From Trichoplax sp. H2 (lineage: Eukaryota): a DNA stretch of 64,000 nt. The stretch covers positions 1 to 64,000 of the forward strand of contig NOWV01000124.1 of the NCBI GenBank assembly GCA_003344405.1, written 5' to 3'. Every line of letters starts with the position of its first letter. The first letter of the stretch is position 1. Shown here piece by piece: positions 41,975-54,989 of the stretch. The notes beneath the pieces were generated by a model. That model was given only the letters and a program-made list of their open reading frames with translations. It did not search any database and was not told the DNA's origin. A program made the translations under genes and the position numbers.

Positions 41975-42604
41975 TGTTACAGTGTTAAATACTGTATTAC
42001 AGTAGAAATATCTATGCTAAGATAATTCTGTTAGACTATCCTTATTTAGTTAACTTATAATTTGGATATACTGCGTTTTAATATAGCACTGACTTTTTAT
42101 GACAGTGACACTTATACTCATACTGAAATTAATGGTTATAATAGGGAATGCAAATCATCTACTTACAGTTCCAATCATTGTGATTGTAGTTTACTTATGC
42201 TAGATTGTAAATTATCATGGAAATGTTCCGTGATAGGGCATATCGTAATCTGACTATTCTGTATTAGTCATTACATGTCTATGTTTGTAAATACTGTTGT
42301 CTACATTATGGAAGCAGTAGCTATAATTAATATCTAATTCAGTAAATGATTCCAATGTTAATTGTATTAACTATGACTCATGAACTATTGAGGAGTAGTA
42401 TATAAATGCAGTATATCGTGAAATAAAGAGAATTATCCAACTTAGTGTTTAACGTAAAATACGAGGCGTTTAAGTCTTTGTGTAGTCTGCTAGTAGAGTA
42501 AAAGTGTTTGTGATAGTGTAGATATCGTTCCTTGATACGTGGTTCAAGGAATTGACTTATTGATCGTATGTTGCGTTGTCTTGTTGCAAAGCTGTTTTGT
42601 GACA
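41975..42604 (+). mobile_element. Solo LTR-like element, family B (630 bp)
   Basis: TGTTACA...TGTGACA (short terminal inverted repeat) with perfect 5-bp TSD GTACA (41970-41974, 42605-42609). Internal AATAAA. Confidence 0.85.
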
Positions 42605-43511
42605 GTACAACACTCATCATAGCTTAGTATCTACTGTAATTACATTTTGTATAGTGGGACTACAGAGCCTAGATACGGATTAAGCTTATCTGTAACCAAT
42701 TATCGGATTGATACTATATGGTCTGTAGTCGTACGGCTGCTAGACAACATATATAAGAACACAATGTATATCTGTGTAGGATGCAGTTCTAAGTTCTGCT
42801 TGAATAGGCTTATGTGATTTTGTTCACGGAGTAGAGGCTTTAGTTACAACTAAAGAATCATTAAAACTGATAATTTAGTGTACTGGCTTACAGGTATACC
42901 TAGGCAGAGCGGGTTCCATGAAATTACCGTAAAGAAGTGCAACATACTGCCCAAATTTGATTATAATGATAGCTATATCTGATATAATTATTTTCCTAAG
43001 ATTAGATAGTAGTGTTAATATTAGATGATTCCTAACTTCTGTATTAGATATTGTTGATTAGCTATGGTACAAGATTTATGTGACACTAAATACACTGTAA
43101 TTGAGAAAATGCCCAACACCGAAAGATCACGGACTTTAATATAAGAGTAATGATATTTAAGCAGGATAATTAAGATTATAGAAGATAAATGATGATCTAT
43201 TTGAGGAAAAGTATGCTGTTGGATGACTGTAATTAATTACGATCTATAGCCGCAAATGGAATTATCGAAATTTGTTTAATAACGGCTGAAATGGGCTCAC
43301 ATTAGAGACTTAACTTTGCTTTGTGCTAGAATTACCTTAGATTAGATTCTTTTTAGCAATTGATTATTGCTCCCCTGTTCATTAACTTTTTAATAAAGCC
43401 TCTTCTTGAATTCTCTATTGACTAAGACAAGTGTTTTGTGAGATACTGTTATTACCGTTCTTTTCTTATGTTACCCATATCTGTCCTAAACTTAGTTTTT
43501 GATATATAATG

Positions 43512-44062
43512 TGTAATGTAACTAGTATTGTGATTGTAGACTGTTAGCCATGTTTAGTATAATGTACGGTAGATATTTATCCTAAGAGATATTTGGTAGC
43601 TATAACTATAGACTGTAGTGGTATAGACTCTATGCTAGAGTACAGATGACTATTTACTGTAAAGTGTTAAGTTACTAATAAGGCTATAGTCAAAAATAGA
43701 ACTGTAAATCATATATTAGGATATGGTTAATTCATTGTACTTTGGCTGGTGCGAATAATGTCTACGTAAGTACTGTAGTCGTATCCATATTGGATTAATG
43801 ATTGTCCGCAGTAGAATTGTGTTACTAAGAATAGTTTAACTATATGTAAAATAAGGTAAAAGGTTGCCATGCGGATTGTAGCTGCGAATGCTACGAAAAG
43901 TATAAAAGCATGCAACTTTAGATTATTCTGTTAGTTCATCGTAGAAGTCTTTAGAAGTAGTATTCGGCTAGAGTAGAGCTGTGTGTAGTTAATCTTTGTA
44001 TAAGATTAAATACAGCCCTTATTTTTCTAAAATTTGGAATCTCGTGATTGGTATATATCACA
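43512..44062 (+). mobile_element. Solo LTR-like element, family A
   Basis: Near-identical to 2607-3156; flanked by 4-bp AATG on both sides. Confidence 0.85.
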
Positions 44063-44963
44063 AATGATAGGCATGATAAGATGTTTTTAGTATCGCATTT
44101 GTGGCATATCGTTAAAGATCATAATGTTATCTAGGCATAACGATACTAATACCTAAAAATAAAGTTTCAGTTCAGAACAATTGTACTGGAGATTATTTTG
44201 ACCGCGCTATAACGAAATCTCACGAAAGGAAATTACTAAAAACAGGCAAAGTAAATGCAAACGAACATACTGTAAATGTCGTCAGATCTTATAGTCACTC
44301 CATTAACTGTATGTACAGTACAGTATGTTGCGCTAACGATAATGATGATTAAAAGTTAATGAGTACTTGTTACGATTTCAGATTTACAATACTACGAATA
44401 ATATGTTCTAGCTTAGATGGTGTAAAAAAACTATTAATTATCACATATCTGCTTATATTAGTTACTGTAAAACATATTCTATAGAGAAGCATAGATTGTA
44501 CTTTGTAAAGCGGATAATAAATGTAATTGATTGGCATAGGTGGAATTTAGCATAGATATATAAGAGAGTAAATTTTAATAATAATTAAAGTGATTTGAAA
44601 CTTTTTAGTTGCTTTGTAAAACAAGCCATTAATCTAAGAAGGACATTTTACGTGACTACCAAAAATGTTTCCTTACTGTTTTATACTGCTGACTGATGTC
44701 TTACAATAGGATAGTGAAGTTAGTGACGGTTATTAGAAGTATTAAATTGTAATAAAACCTTAGAATCGTAATAAAGTGAATTAATTGTTTTAAAATTGTT
44801 GTTGTAACAGTAGTTCTCTACAATGAAACAATATTGATAGCAGTGCGTCCTATATAGTACACTAACATTCATTCCATATTGTAATAAAAGTCTCCCACAA
44901 TAACTGTCTTAGTCTATAGTATTTTCTAAAAGGCTTTTATCACAAGGTTTTAGGAATACTGTA

Positions 44964-45235
44964 TGTCGCGGACTACTCTCCCGACAAGGCATAAAGTTAA
45001 GCATTCTGTTCCTCTAAGTTGCAAATGTCAACTACTATTTTAGTTTCGGCCTAGAACATCCCTTCTAGATCACAATTTCCCAGATAGACTTCAAAACGTC
45101 GAGCTACTTTTACTTTATTTTTACTAATTCGAGCAACGCGATGCCCCCCGTAAAAGACTGCAGAAATCAACTACTAACGAGCAATATTCGTAGTTACAAA
45201 TCAAATCATAAAAGTTTAGTCGAACCAACTTATAT
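44964..45235 (-). repeat. Interspersed repeat E, copy 2
   Basis: Inverted, diverged copy of about 24088-24356. Confidence 0.7.
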
Positions 45236-47764
45236 AGATACTCGTCTCTGCAGTTTTTAAATACTTTTCGCTAAAATCCATTCATGACAACTTAATCAAT
45301 CTACGCAGACATGAGTCATCAAACAAAATACTTTTTCTCAAAGAAAATAACATTTCTCCTACGATCTAAATCACTCTACTCATGATATCAAAACTTTTCT
45401 ATTAAGTTCCAGTACTTTTCGGAGTTGTGTATCTTCACAATTTCAGTATTTCTAGTCACATAAATTTTGTACCATAATTAGTCAAATAGCTAATATTAGT
45501 TATTTCAAATATAATAGTTTTCAATCATCTAATTGTAATGAAGGTTAATATTTAGTATTCTCCTTCATAAAATATTTATTTAGTAATGTATTGTAAGATG
45601 ATTTAAGATTTTACTATAGGACTTGAAAGTAATATCCAAATTAGTGTAGATGATAGTGGAAGGATTGTGTTAGACAGTATAATGTGAACCTGTCCACTGT
45701 GGTTGATATAGTTAATACTATTTAAATGTTTGATTTGTAACCGTTGTTACATATTTAGGTTGTTGATGACTAATCTACAAAATTCTTGTAATGTTTACGT
45801 GAACCGTGTCCTTAAGTTGTGAATGACGTCTGTGAGTCATATGTAAGGATTGTCGGTATCTCATTGTAGAATTATAATTGTAACTATTAGTGACTTTTAA
45901 GTGAGAAGATTATGTATTCATTTACTGTAGACTTGTAAGGTTAACTTTATTTGTACTATGTGAGGGAATCGTAAGGTGTAATCTGTTCTAAGATATGTCC
46001 GATTAATTTCTAGTATTGTAGTTTGTAACTACTTATAGCATACTTTAGGATTGATGATTCATAGTTAATAGACCACCTACTGCTCTGCGAAGCATATAAA
46101 ATGGTGGTGTAATCGAGAATACTTTAGTCTTGCTTTCAGTGAAGTCTTCTTCGCTGTAGTCCTGTTTGTAGTTCTTGGTGTTAATCGAAGTCGTGGTCCT
46201 AACCACTAGAGGTCGTGTAACTTAAGAAGAGATCGTAAGTTGTTTTGTTTGGTAAACTTTATAGATCATTTCGCTTGTTAGTTTCATAATGTGTTCAGCC
46301 GTATTGTTATACCTATTGCAAGACTCACTTAAACGGCTTTTTAATTTATAAAGTAAAGCATATTAAAAAAACTGGTGTTGTTCCCCTAATCTCTATCTTG
46401 GTTCAAAGTGTCACCAACCTTAGTGTATCTTAGCAAAATTAAGCTAAATTATTACATAATATTAGCTTTACGATAAAATTTTTTCTTAGTAACCTAACTA
46501 TATCAAATATAGCTATCATTAAAATCAAATATTAGGTGCATCACTAAACATGACTAAATGGCGAAGAATTTAAGCTGTGATATTTCGAAAGATTGTGTAT
46601 CCGTCATAATCGCGAGAAATTTTAAGGACCTTATTTAGCGAAAGGCAATCTTTACGGCCGTTAGTATGAGGAGAAAAACCATGTAAAATCATAGCGTTTT
46701 TGTACTGCCGCCTTATGGTATACAGTACAGTTGATCATAGCTATTTAAATAATAGCGTAGGTGTGCATTACAAAGTACAGATATACTTTACTTACCATAC
46801 AAAAGAAGAGCCCCAAAAATGGTAGCTATGCCAGTGCTGTGATAATGTATAAATGAATTTTGCAATTGACCATTTGATAGATTTAATACTAACATGTACA
46901 ATAGTACAATATTGCAAAATATACCCCAAGAATGATATGCATGCTGTATTATGTAGTGCTTGGGTCTGAAATATATACGTCAGTCCTACTTAAGTGTACA
47001 TAATTCTTTTCTCTAGTAACTATTAATAATTTATCTGTCAAGTTTCCAATGTTATATATTCACTATTAGGTCAATGCAAGTAAGAAACCCACGGGTAGGA
47101 CATATATACATGTACTGGGGGGGATACAATAATGATGTTCACAGCATATAAATTATTTACTAGTAATTATAAACTAATAATGGATTTATCTTATAATCAA
47201 TTTTTTTAATTGAAGACGATAAGTTCGCGATATTTCAAAGGAGAATCTATTTCGTCAGACATGTTTAATATTTGTCCATGATTTTAGTTTACTTAAAAAT
47301 TAACGTTATTTCCCTTATTGTAGATTTATGGCATTAGTAGCCTCTCCAAAGTTGTTACCATCAATCTCTTGAATCATCAATTAACTATCTTAATTCCTAA
47401 ATTAATAAGGACTTTTTTTAAATTTAACGTGAAAGGAATTCTTTAGTTGATGATCGCAATTTGGCTCTTAAATAGTCACCTGCTAATTAACTTAACGGCG
47501 CATGATTCTATTTTATGTTTATGCTAATTAGTTTACTACAATGAACAACAGATCAGATTGGTTAAAATGAGTCAGCAAGAAATTATTGTATAATTTTATT
47601 TCTATTACAAGGAAAGCTATAGTATAGAAATGTGCTTTTTGATTAAAAGCATTAGCTGCAATTTTATTACAATTTTGCGTATATCAACAAACCACATGAA
47701 GAATCCGTGCACGCACAATATTTATCTATTCATTTATTTTATTCATGCTGTACAGTTTGATGAT

Positions 47765-48766
47765 TTAATCGTAAATCGTCATCATGATTGTGCTGCTTCT
47801 AAAGATATCGATACGTTTACAAATACGATGCGATCTGCTTCTTATATTGCTATCAAATTTAAAACACAAGAAAGGATTGATGACTGTTATACTAGCGCTT
47901 AAACTTACAGAAAAAAATGCCAAAAAGAAAAGTGCAAGATTTTTATCACGAATTTCTCTTAGAGATGTTTGTGTGACGGCGAATCCAAATATTGCAGCAA
48001 AAACAGGCCACGTAATTAAAATGTAGGTTAACGCTATGCTAATTAACATTCTGATAAGTTTCCGCCTTTTAAGTTCTTGTATCTTATGTCTGTCGGTGGC
48101 TTCGCCAGGTTGAATATAATTCCTTTGATGCTTAATAATTCTCCAATATACAATTGCAATTACAGTTGTAGGAATAACATACAGCAACATAACAAAGATA
48201 ATAAAATAGGTCGTAGCAAAAAGATCCATGTCAGGAAAATCGCAAACCACATATCTGTCTCGGTATCCGCTAATAATTAGGAACATTGGAGCACTGGTGG
48301 ATGTCGATATTAACCATATTAAAATTTCCACGATGACAATTAATCGACTTTTGTACGAAAGATAAAATCGAGAAAATGGCTGAACAACAGCAAAATATCG
48401 ATCAATAGCTATTAAACATAAAGTCATGATAGAAATACCATAGGAAGATGAAATAATAAACAGAAAATATTTGCACATTGATGATCCGCTTTGAATGCTA
48501 AGATTCTCATCGACTAATAAGGAGTAACATACAATTGATGTTATCGTCGACGTAATATCAGATACAACCGAGACCAACATTAAGACATAAGTACTTCGAT
48601 GAAAGAATTTATCTGATATAAAAATGTACAGTAGAAGTAAATTAGCAACAAGCCCAATCACTGATAACGGTATAGCTGCAATCACAGAATACCAATAGAT
48701 TTGCGAAAATAAAATCTGATTGTTGTAATTATCAGTATCGTTGCCAAGTTCAATAGAGATATTCAT
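47765..48766 (-). CDS. Intronless class A GPCR, 333 aa (cluster gene 7)
   Basis: 7TM pattern with GLVAN, SD, DRY, VCD, YVIP, TWP and NPFLC. Confidence 0.93.
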   Translation of the reverse strand: MNISIELGNDTDNYNNQILFSQIYWYSVIAAIPLSVIGLVANLLLLYIFISDKFFHRSTYVLMLVSVVSDITSTITSIVCYSLLVDENLSIQSGSSMCKYFLFIISSSYGISIMTLCLIAIDRYFAVVQPFSRFYLSYKSRLIVIVEILIWLISTSTSAPMFLIISGYRDRYVVCDFPDMDLFATTYFIIFVMLLYVIPTTVIAIVYWRIIKHQRNYIQPGEATDRHKIQELKRRKLIRMLISIALTYILITWPVFAAIFGFAVTQTSLREIRDKNLALFFLAFFSVSLSASITVINPFLCFKFDSNIRSRSHRICKRIDIFRSSTIMMTIYD

Positions 48767-51700
48767 TACTGCTATTATCAGCCAAAACGAAAGACAAAAA
48801 TTTTCACCAGAGAATTGCTTTATCGCTAGTCGAACATTATCTTAGTTCGGATCATATTAGCGTCGATATGCAGATTAATAATAATATTATAAGTAAATTA
48901 AAGGTACTTACGACAATGGTAGAAATGTGAAACGAGCGACACTACAGGGAAAAGGTCATAAAATTTACGAGCATACCGCGAATATTCAAGTATATAGCAA
49001 TAAATAGTTACTGCACTATTAATTTATTACCTTAACAATGGGAAAAGAATAAAAAATAAAATTAATTAGCAGTTATCTGAAGTTGTACTGATCTGTAGAC
49101 AGTAACAATATATCCAACAATAACTGATATTTATGATTAGCTCATTGCATTAATCTACCAATCAGGTATTGATATTTTGTAAAAATTATAATAATTTAGC
49201 AAAAATTTTATTACCCTTTATTGCATCTTTTCTATCATTTTAAATCATTCGTAAAGATAAAATAAAAATATTGTAAATAGCCTTAATAAATCCCATATTC
49301 GTTCAATTGACTATGAATGAAAGTTAAATTCTCATATTCATGGTCATTGGTAAGTGACGATATCTAAGTTCTTCCTCTTATTTATTATGATTCAGTAATT
49401 GCTTGTTTTTTAACGTTTTAATCTCCTTTCATTTTTGCGAAATTGCTGTATGTTCCGCTATCTTGAAGTAATACAACCCCAAATTAGCATAACGTTACGA
49501 TTGCAAGATAGCAACGAAGATCATTAAACTTTTATATTTGGTTGTAGAATTATCACATTACCTATTTTTAGAAGATTATTACAGTACGTATAGCAATTGC
49601 AATTCTATTCAGATTTTTATGCTAAGATTCCCAGATTTATATAGTCTGCTCTAAGTATGTTGATATTGTGAGATTTGTATTGCGATGCTCTAATTAGATG
49701 AGCAAATTATGAATAGATAGCGCGATAGTAAATTTAGATCTGATCTTGTGACTTGCTTTACAAGAAATAATTTGTGTTGCTCAATTTTAGCGACGTTTGC
49801 TCACTCTTAGGATTTACCAAATTCGAGTTTTGACCATAACTTATATAAATTGCGATTACATCTGCAATAATTTAGATAGTCCAAAGGCAGCCTGATTATA
49901 GCTGGATAATTCTTGGTAGTTGTAAGACGAGCCGATATTATGTAATTAAGTGAAGTTTACTAGAAACGGTAGTTTTTTTTATTATTTTGAGAAGACACTT
50001 CAATCACACTTATCGTAACTAAAATCAATTATACTTCAGTTGGAGGATAAATGTGGCGTATTTTAGGTATAAAGCACCGTATATACTAGTATCATAATCT
50101 ATTCGAATAACTGCTACCGATAGCATTATGCTGCTAAATTGAATTTCCATCCGATTATTAAGTGCTCTATCATAGTCCTTCTGTTCAGAAATATCAGCTT
50201 CCAGTTGATTTTTAGTAATAAATCATGATTTTTTAAGTTTTCTAAATGAAGTGCAGTATAATATTATTAAATATAAATCAGAATAGGAATTTAAGCTGAT
50301 TCACAGTAAGTAAAAGAACAAATCTGATCACACCAACAGGAAATTATCATCATAAATCCAGGATCAGTTTAAGATTTCGTTTAATATTTCATTTCTCATA
50401 CACTTTATAAAGAGTTAAAAATTTTTTTCCACCCCTTTTTCGATTATTTTATTAAGTTTGCAGAATTACTACATTCTTCGCTAAATAGAATATCGCTTAG
50501 TTAAAATAAAAAACTGAATAATTGCAATTGAAAACATTTACTAAAGAATTCATGCCTATAAATTCTTTCCATTATAAAACCTGATTCAAACCTTTGAAAT
50601 CTATTAACCGAAATAGGCCTTCTTAAAAGTTATATGATTGCTAAAAATCTAATTTTTTCACCGGAAAAATTTGACCCATTACAGAAACTGTAAACTACGA
50701 GCCTATTGCTAGGTTTATTCTCCCTGACATCTACCTAAAGTACGACATTAAATCCTAACGATGGGAAGTCATCAAGAGGAACAGTAAGACCACTAGTCAT
50801 TTTTTAGACGAAACTGAACCCAAACTTTGTTGAATAGCTAGTTAGTCAAGTCATAGTAAATCAACATACATATCAATTGTAATTTTATAGATAATATTAT
50901 ACAAGTATGTAGTTATCCATTTAAAATATGTAAATAGTTATAGATAATTTAATATCAGCACACTCTTAGATAAATTTTCATATGAAAAGTATGTTACGAA
51001 AGGTATGCAAAAGTTACTCGATAACAATAGTAATAGCAAGTTTAGCGCGAATGATAATATATCGTGGAATTTTGGGAACGGAATACAATTTTAAGTTCTC
51101 GACGAGATAAAATAGTTTACTGTATAGATCAAAAATCATATCCTATGAGAATATAGACCTCTACTATCTATTATCTCCACACATAGTATATTAAACAACA
51201 TTTACACATAATTTAGTAGCGTAATTCTCCCTAATCATTTTCTGATAGCATTACTAGTTACCGAAATACTTAAATCAACTCGTATGAAATAACTCAATCA
51301 TTCTTTCACCAGACATATTAAGAATTCACTTTGTACGTTTATAGTAGATCAGCTTAGAAATCTAACAGTAATATTTAACATGTTGGAGCCAAAGGAGCTC
51401 CTTTCCGTATCATAAGGATACAATCACAAGTCAAATCACTAAATTTAAAATTTCTTCCAAGAAGAAATGTTTTTGTTATAATTTACTGCTCTTCCTATTT
51501 AGTATCCTCTAACATTAGCAAATTTCATGAATTTATCACGCTATTTTACTCAAAGATTGTGAAGTTAATGATAAAAATTTAATTAGCTGTCGTTATGCAT
51601 CCAGTAGTTCAAATAATATCGTAATAAGATATTCAGCATTCCTAAAAAAATTTTAGTACTACAAAAAAGCACTACGATTAAGAATTTATCTATAAAAGTA

Positions 51701-53223
51701 AGTTGCGAGCCTTAGTGATTTTATCTTGAAAAGTTAACATTGTGCTGATCAGATTGATTAACGAACTTGAATTTTACAACCGTTACATTGTTGCATAACT
51801 TATATATATTGCGAAAGAGTAGGAAGCTACCATAAAAATGCAGGGAGCAATAGTATTTATTAATTCTCTAAAGTATGTTGTCATATAATTAAAAATAACA
51901 GAAGTGGAAATATTGATATGGATATTAATTTAAGTACTAAACATTTTAGATTTTATTGCTTGGTCGATATCTTTACAGAGTTTTAATACTAAGGTAACAC
52001 ATTCTGTTTCACGTTTATTACTAATGGAATGTATATCACCAGATTGTTCTATTGCTGCAATATGAATTAACTACTTTTTCTTTGATATATATTATTCCGG
52101 CCAAAACCCGATATTCGGCCAGTCTAGGATATGCTGGACTTTGGCCGGGCGATACGCGTACTGGCCAACTTCGGACATTGGCCGTAACCTATATAATGAA
52201 TGTACTAAGCCTATTAGATAATTAATTAAAGAAAACACTACCCTACAGGCATGAACAGATGTATAAAAAATCAATTAATAGCAACCGTAAGGCTGACCTA
52301 CGTGATTAAAAGTTTTTGCTATTGTACTAGTTCATTTAATACCGAGCGGACAATAATGATGTTTTTCTAAAAATAAATTTAAGTCTTATTATTGCATATT
52401 TATAATAGTCGTAATAACAAGTAGGGCTCTTCTGCCTATATGAGCACTATCGCAAGCAATTGATAACTGTGCTAGAAAATATCTCGGTTTTTAGCAGCCA
52501 CATTAGGAGTTAATGTCTCTTGATACTTTCTATGGTCATTTTCAGTTGTTATTCTTAGTTAATGCTGATTAGAAACAAAAGAGGTGTCGTATCCGAAAAG
52601 TTAGGATTCATTTCTTGGACTGTGATTTTATTATCTTAAAGAAGTAATTTTAATTAATATATTGTTTTTAATTGTACTAATTGTTCGGTTATTTTTAGTA
52701 TAATTTAAATATTTTTCGCCTTGAATACTCCTAAAATTTTAACGTCAACCGCATTGCCAGGCAATATCTTATAGGCTATGTCACAAGTCTACTGTTTTAC
52801 ACTTTAAGGATTAGACTGAAGAAAAGCTCAATATCTTATCCAATATAAGTTATTTCACTTGACGAAATTTATCTTTGAAACATTAATTTTGAGCATTAAA
52901 TATTTGTTATAAGATAATCACGATCACCATTTTACTGAATTCTATATTTATGTGATCGCAAGGTAAAAGCATTACGACTATCATTCTGATGGAAAAAGTG
53001 ATTTGAGATTTTTTATCAACAGATTCAAATTATTAGATTTAATTAATTTATTGTTCACCTTTAATTATAGAATATAGTGAATTATTCTTAATATAACTGT
53101 ATAATCAAAGAAAATTAGCTAACTAATCAATTAGATTATCTAACTTTCGATAAGTCAACCCATGACTTATTCCTGAAATCTGATGGCTATCATAGCTTAT
53201 TAAGCGATAGACCGGCAATGAGA

Positions 53224-53793
53224 TGTCACAAAACAACTTTCGTGAATGTACCTAAACTAGTCTATCTACTCTTATGGTTCTCCGACTAACTCCGGAGATC
53301 CTCAGTAAGGGAAAACTAACTTATTCCTATACTATAGTAATCAAGTCAAAACGATAGGTTTAGGTTAATAAAGATCTTTATTGCCAGTGTACCCTACGTT
53401 AGCCTCAGTGGAACTGAGATTAAAAAGTAATGATCAAGCTTATATACAGTTTCATATGTCACACAAATAAGATCGGTACTAATCTTTCACATTAAATTAT
53501 AAAATGTGCAATACAGATCCATACAGGCTTACTATAGATTCGACTAGCTCGAAAGTTACTTATCACTTGTCACAAACTAATATTATTAATTAGCACCTTA
53601 TTAACTAACATAATAATCTTTACAGCTTGACATTTTAATTGCTAACACCATATCCACGCTGTATATTACTAGGATAATTAATAACAAAACTCAATTAACA
53701 ACTAGGTCGTTGCCGAGATCGGCAACCTCCATAATAATATTGTTACACATATTAGATCAAAATATTATTCATTTCGGAGCGAACTCCGTCACA
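53224..53793 (-). mobile_element. Candidate solo LTR-like element (570 bp)
   Basis: The minus strand reads TGTGACGGAG...GTTTTGTGACA, with the same 3' end as family B. Flanks are TGAGA / TGAGT (4 of 5 TSD bases match). Confidence 0.55.
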
Positions 53794-54989
53794 TGAGTTA
53801 AGTCAGTCAATTTATTAACCAATACGATAATCGAAATATGTATACTAATATGCAATAGCAGGAAATAATACGAAACATGTGCTATTGATTTACTGCATAG
53901 TGCTATTAGTTTTAAAATAAGCAAGCGATAAACTTTCTCATAAATATTTTTAAGCCATCATAAATAAATCAGAAGGAAAGTTAATTGAATTAATAGTCTT
54001 GTTATCAAATTATCTGATATCTGCCTTCTTTTTTCGAAGTAGTTACTATAATAACTATTAGCAACTTATTGTTACTGAATTAACTGGAATTTCTCCCAAA
54101 TTGCCTTCTATATCAAATTCTTCCCCGAAGAAATGCGTTAGCTACTATCATATGGGGGCGGATTTGGAATATATTTTTTAGCCGCCAATAAATTTATACT
54201 TAGGACAGATTATAATGATGATTATGAACTTCTTCTGGAGCTCTATTTAAAGCATCAAATGTTATAATAATAGGATACAAATTGCTAAAGTACTGATTAA
54301 TAAGTAACCGAATCGCTTCTGTCTATAGAAAGTTTGAGTCATTCGGTTGTAGTAACCGTTTACGTTGTATTTAGCTATGCTGATACTGATGAGTACGATA
54401 ATAACGCATCATTATTATTTAGAACTATAATTTTATGATGTATGCGTTTTCAGCTGCCAATCAGAACTGAGAACGGAAAGCTGAAATATAGCAATGTAAA
54501 ATGATTATACCAAATTGAATTAATAATCAAATTTATTATGTTAGCGTTCGGCGTTCCATCTTTTCTTTACCTAGGCAAATAAAACTTTTCCCTCTAATAA
54601 TTCAAGCAGAAATCGATTTTCACCTGCATAACAATAATAATGAAGTGTTCAAGTTCATTTATATATTATTTCTCAGAAACGATCTAGGATAGTAGAATAA
54701 CATTATATCCAATTATTTTACGATTTGATGCAATATTCAAGATTCGGTCATTTATTGCAAGTGTTTAATTTTTTCAAATTGGTTAATGAATGATTGCATT
54801 GATCTACACTCACAGTGCAGAAACAATGAAAATTAAACAATTTTCACTTTACTTATCAGAAATCTTCCAAGGGATATAAGTGTTAGCAATGAGGAAGCTA
54901 ACTTAAACTTAGTGTATGATTCTGTAATTGGTCGCTGCTGTTTTGATGGTTAATTTCAAACTGGTCATAGAGCAACATTTGAATATCTT

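Noticed and set aside
42062-42620. ORFs within family B (also 11802-12002, 21041-21250)
   Set aside because: They are short frames inside an LTR-like repeat, with no gag/pol similarity visible.
39488-48280. Plus-strand ORFs at 39488, 47630, 47784 and 48077
   Set aside because: They are antisense shadows of the GPCR coding sequences.
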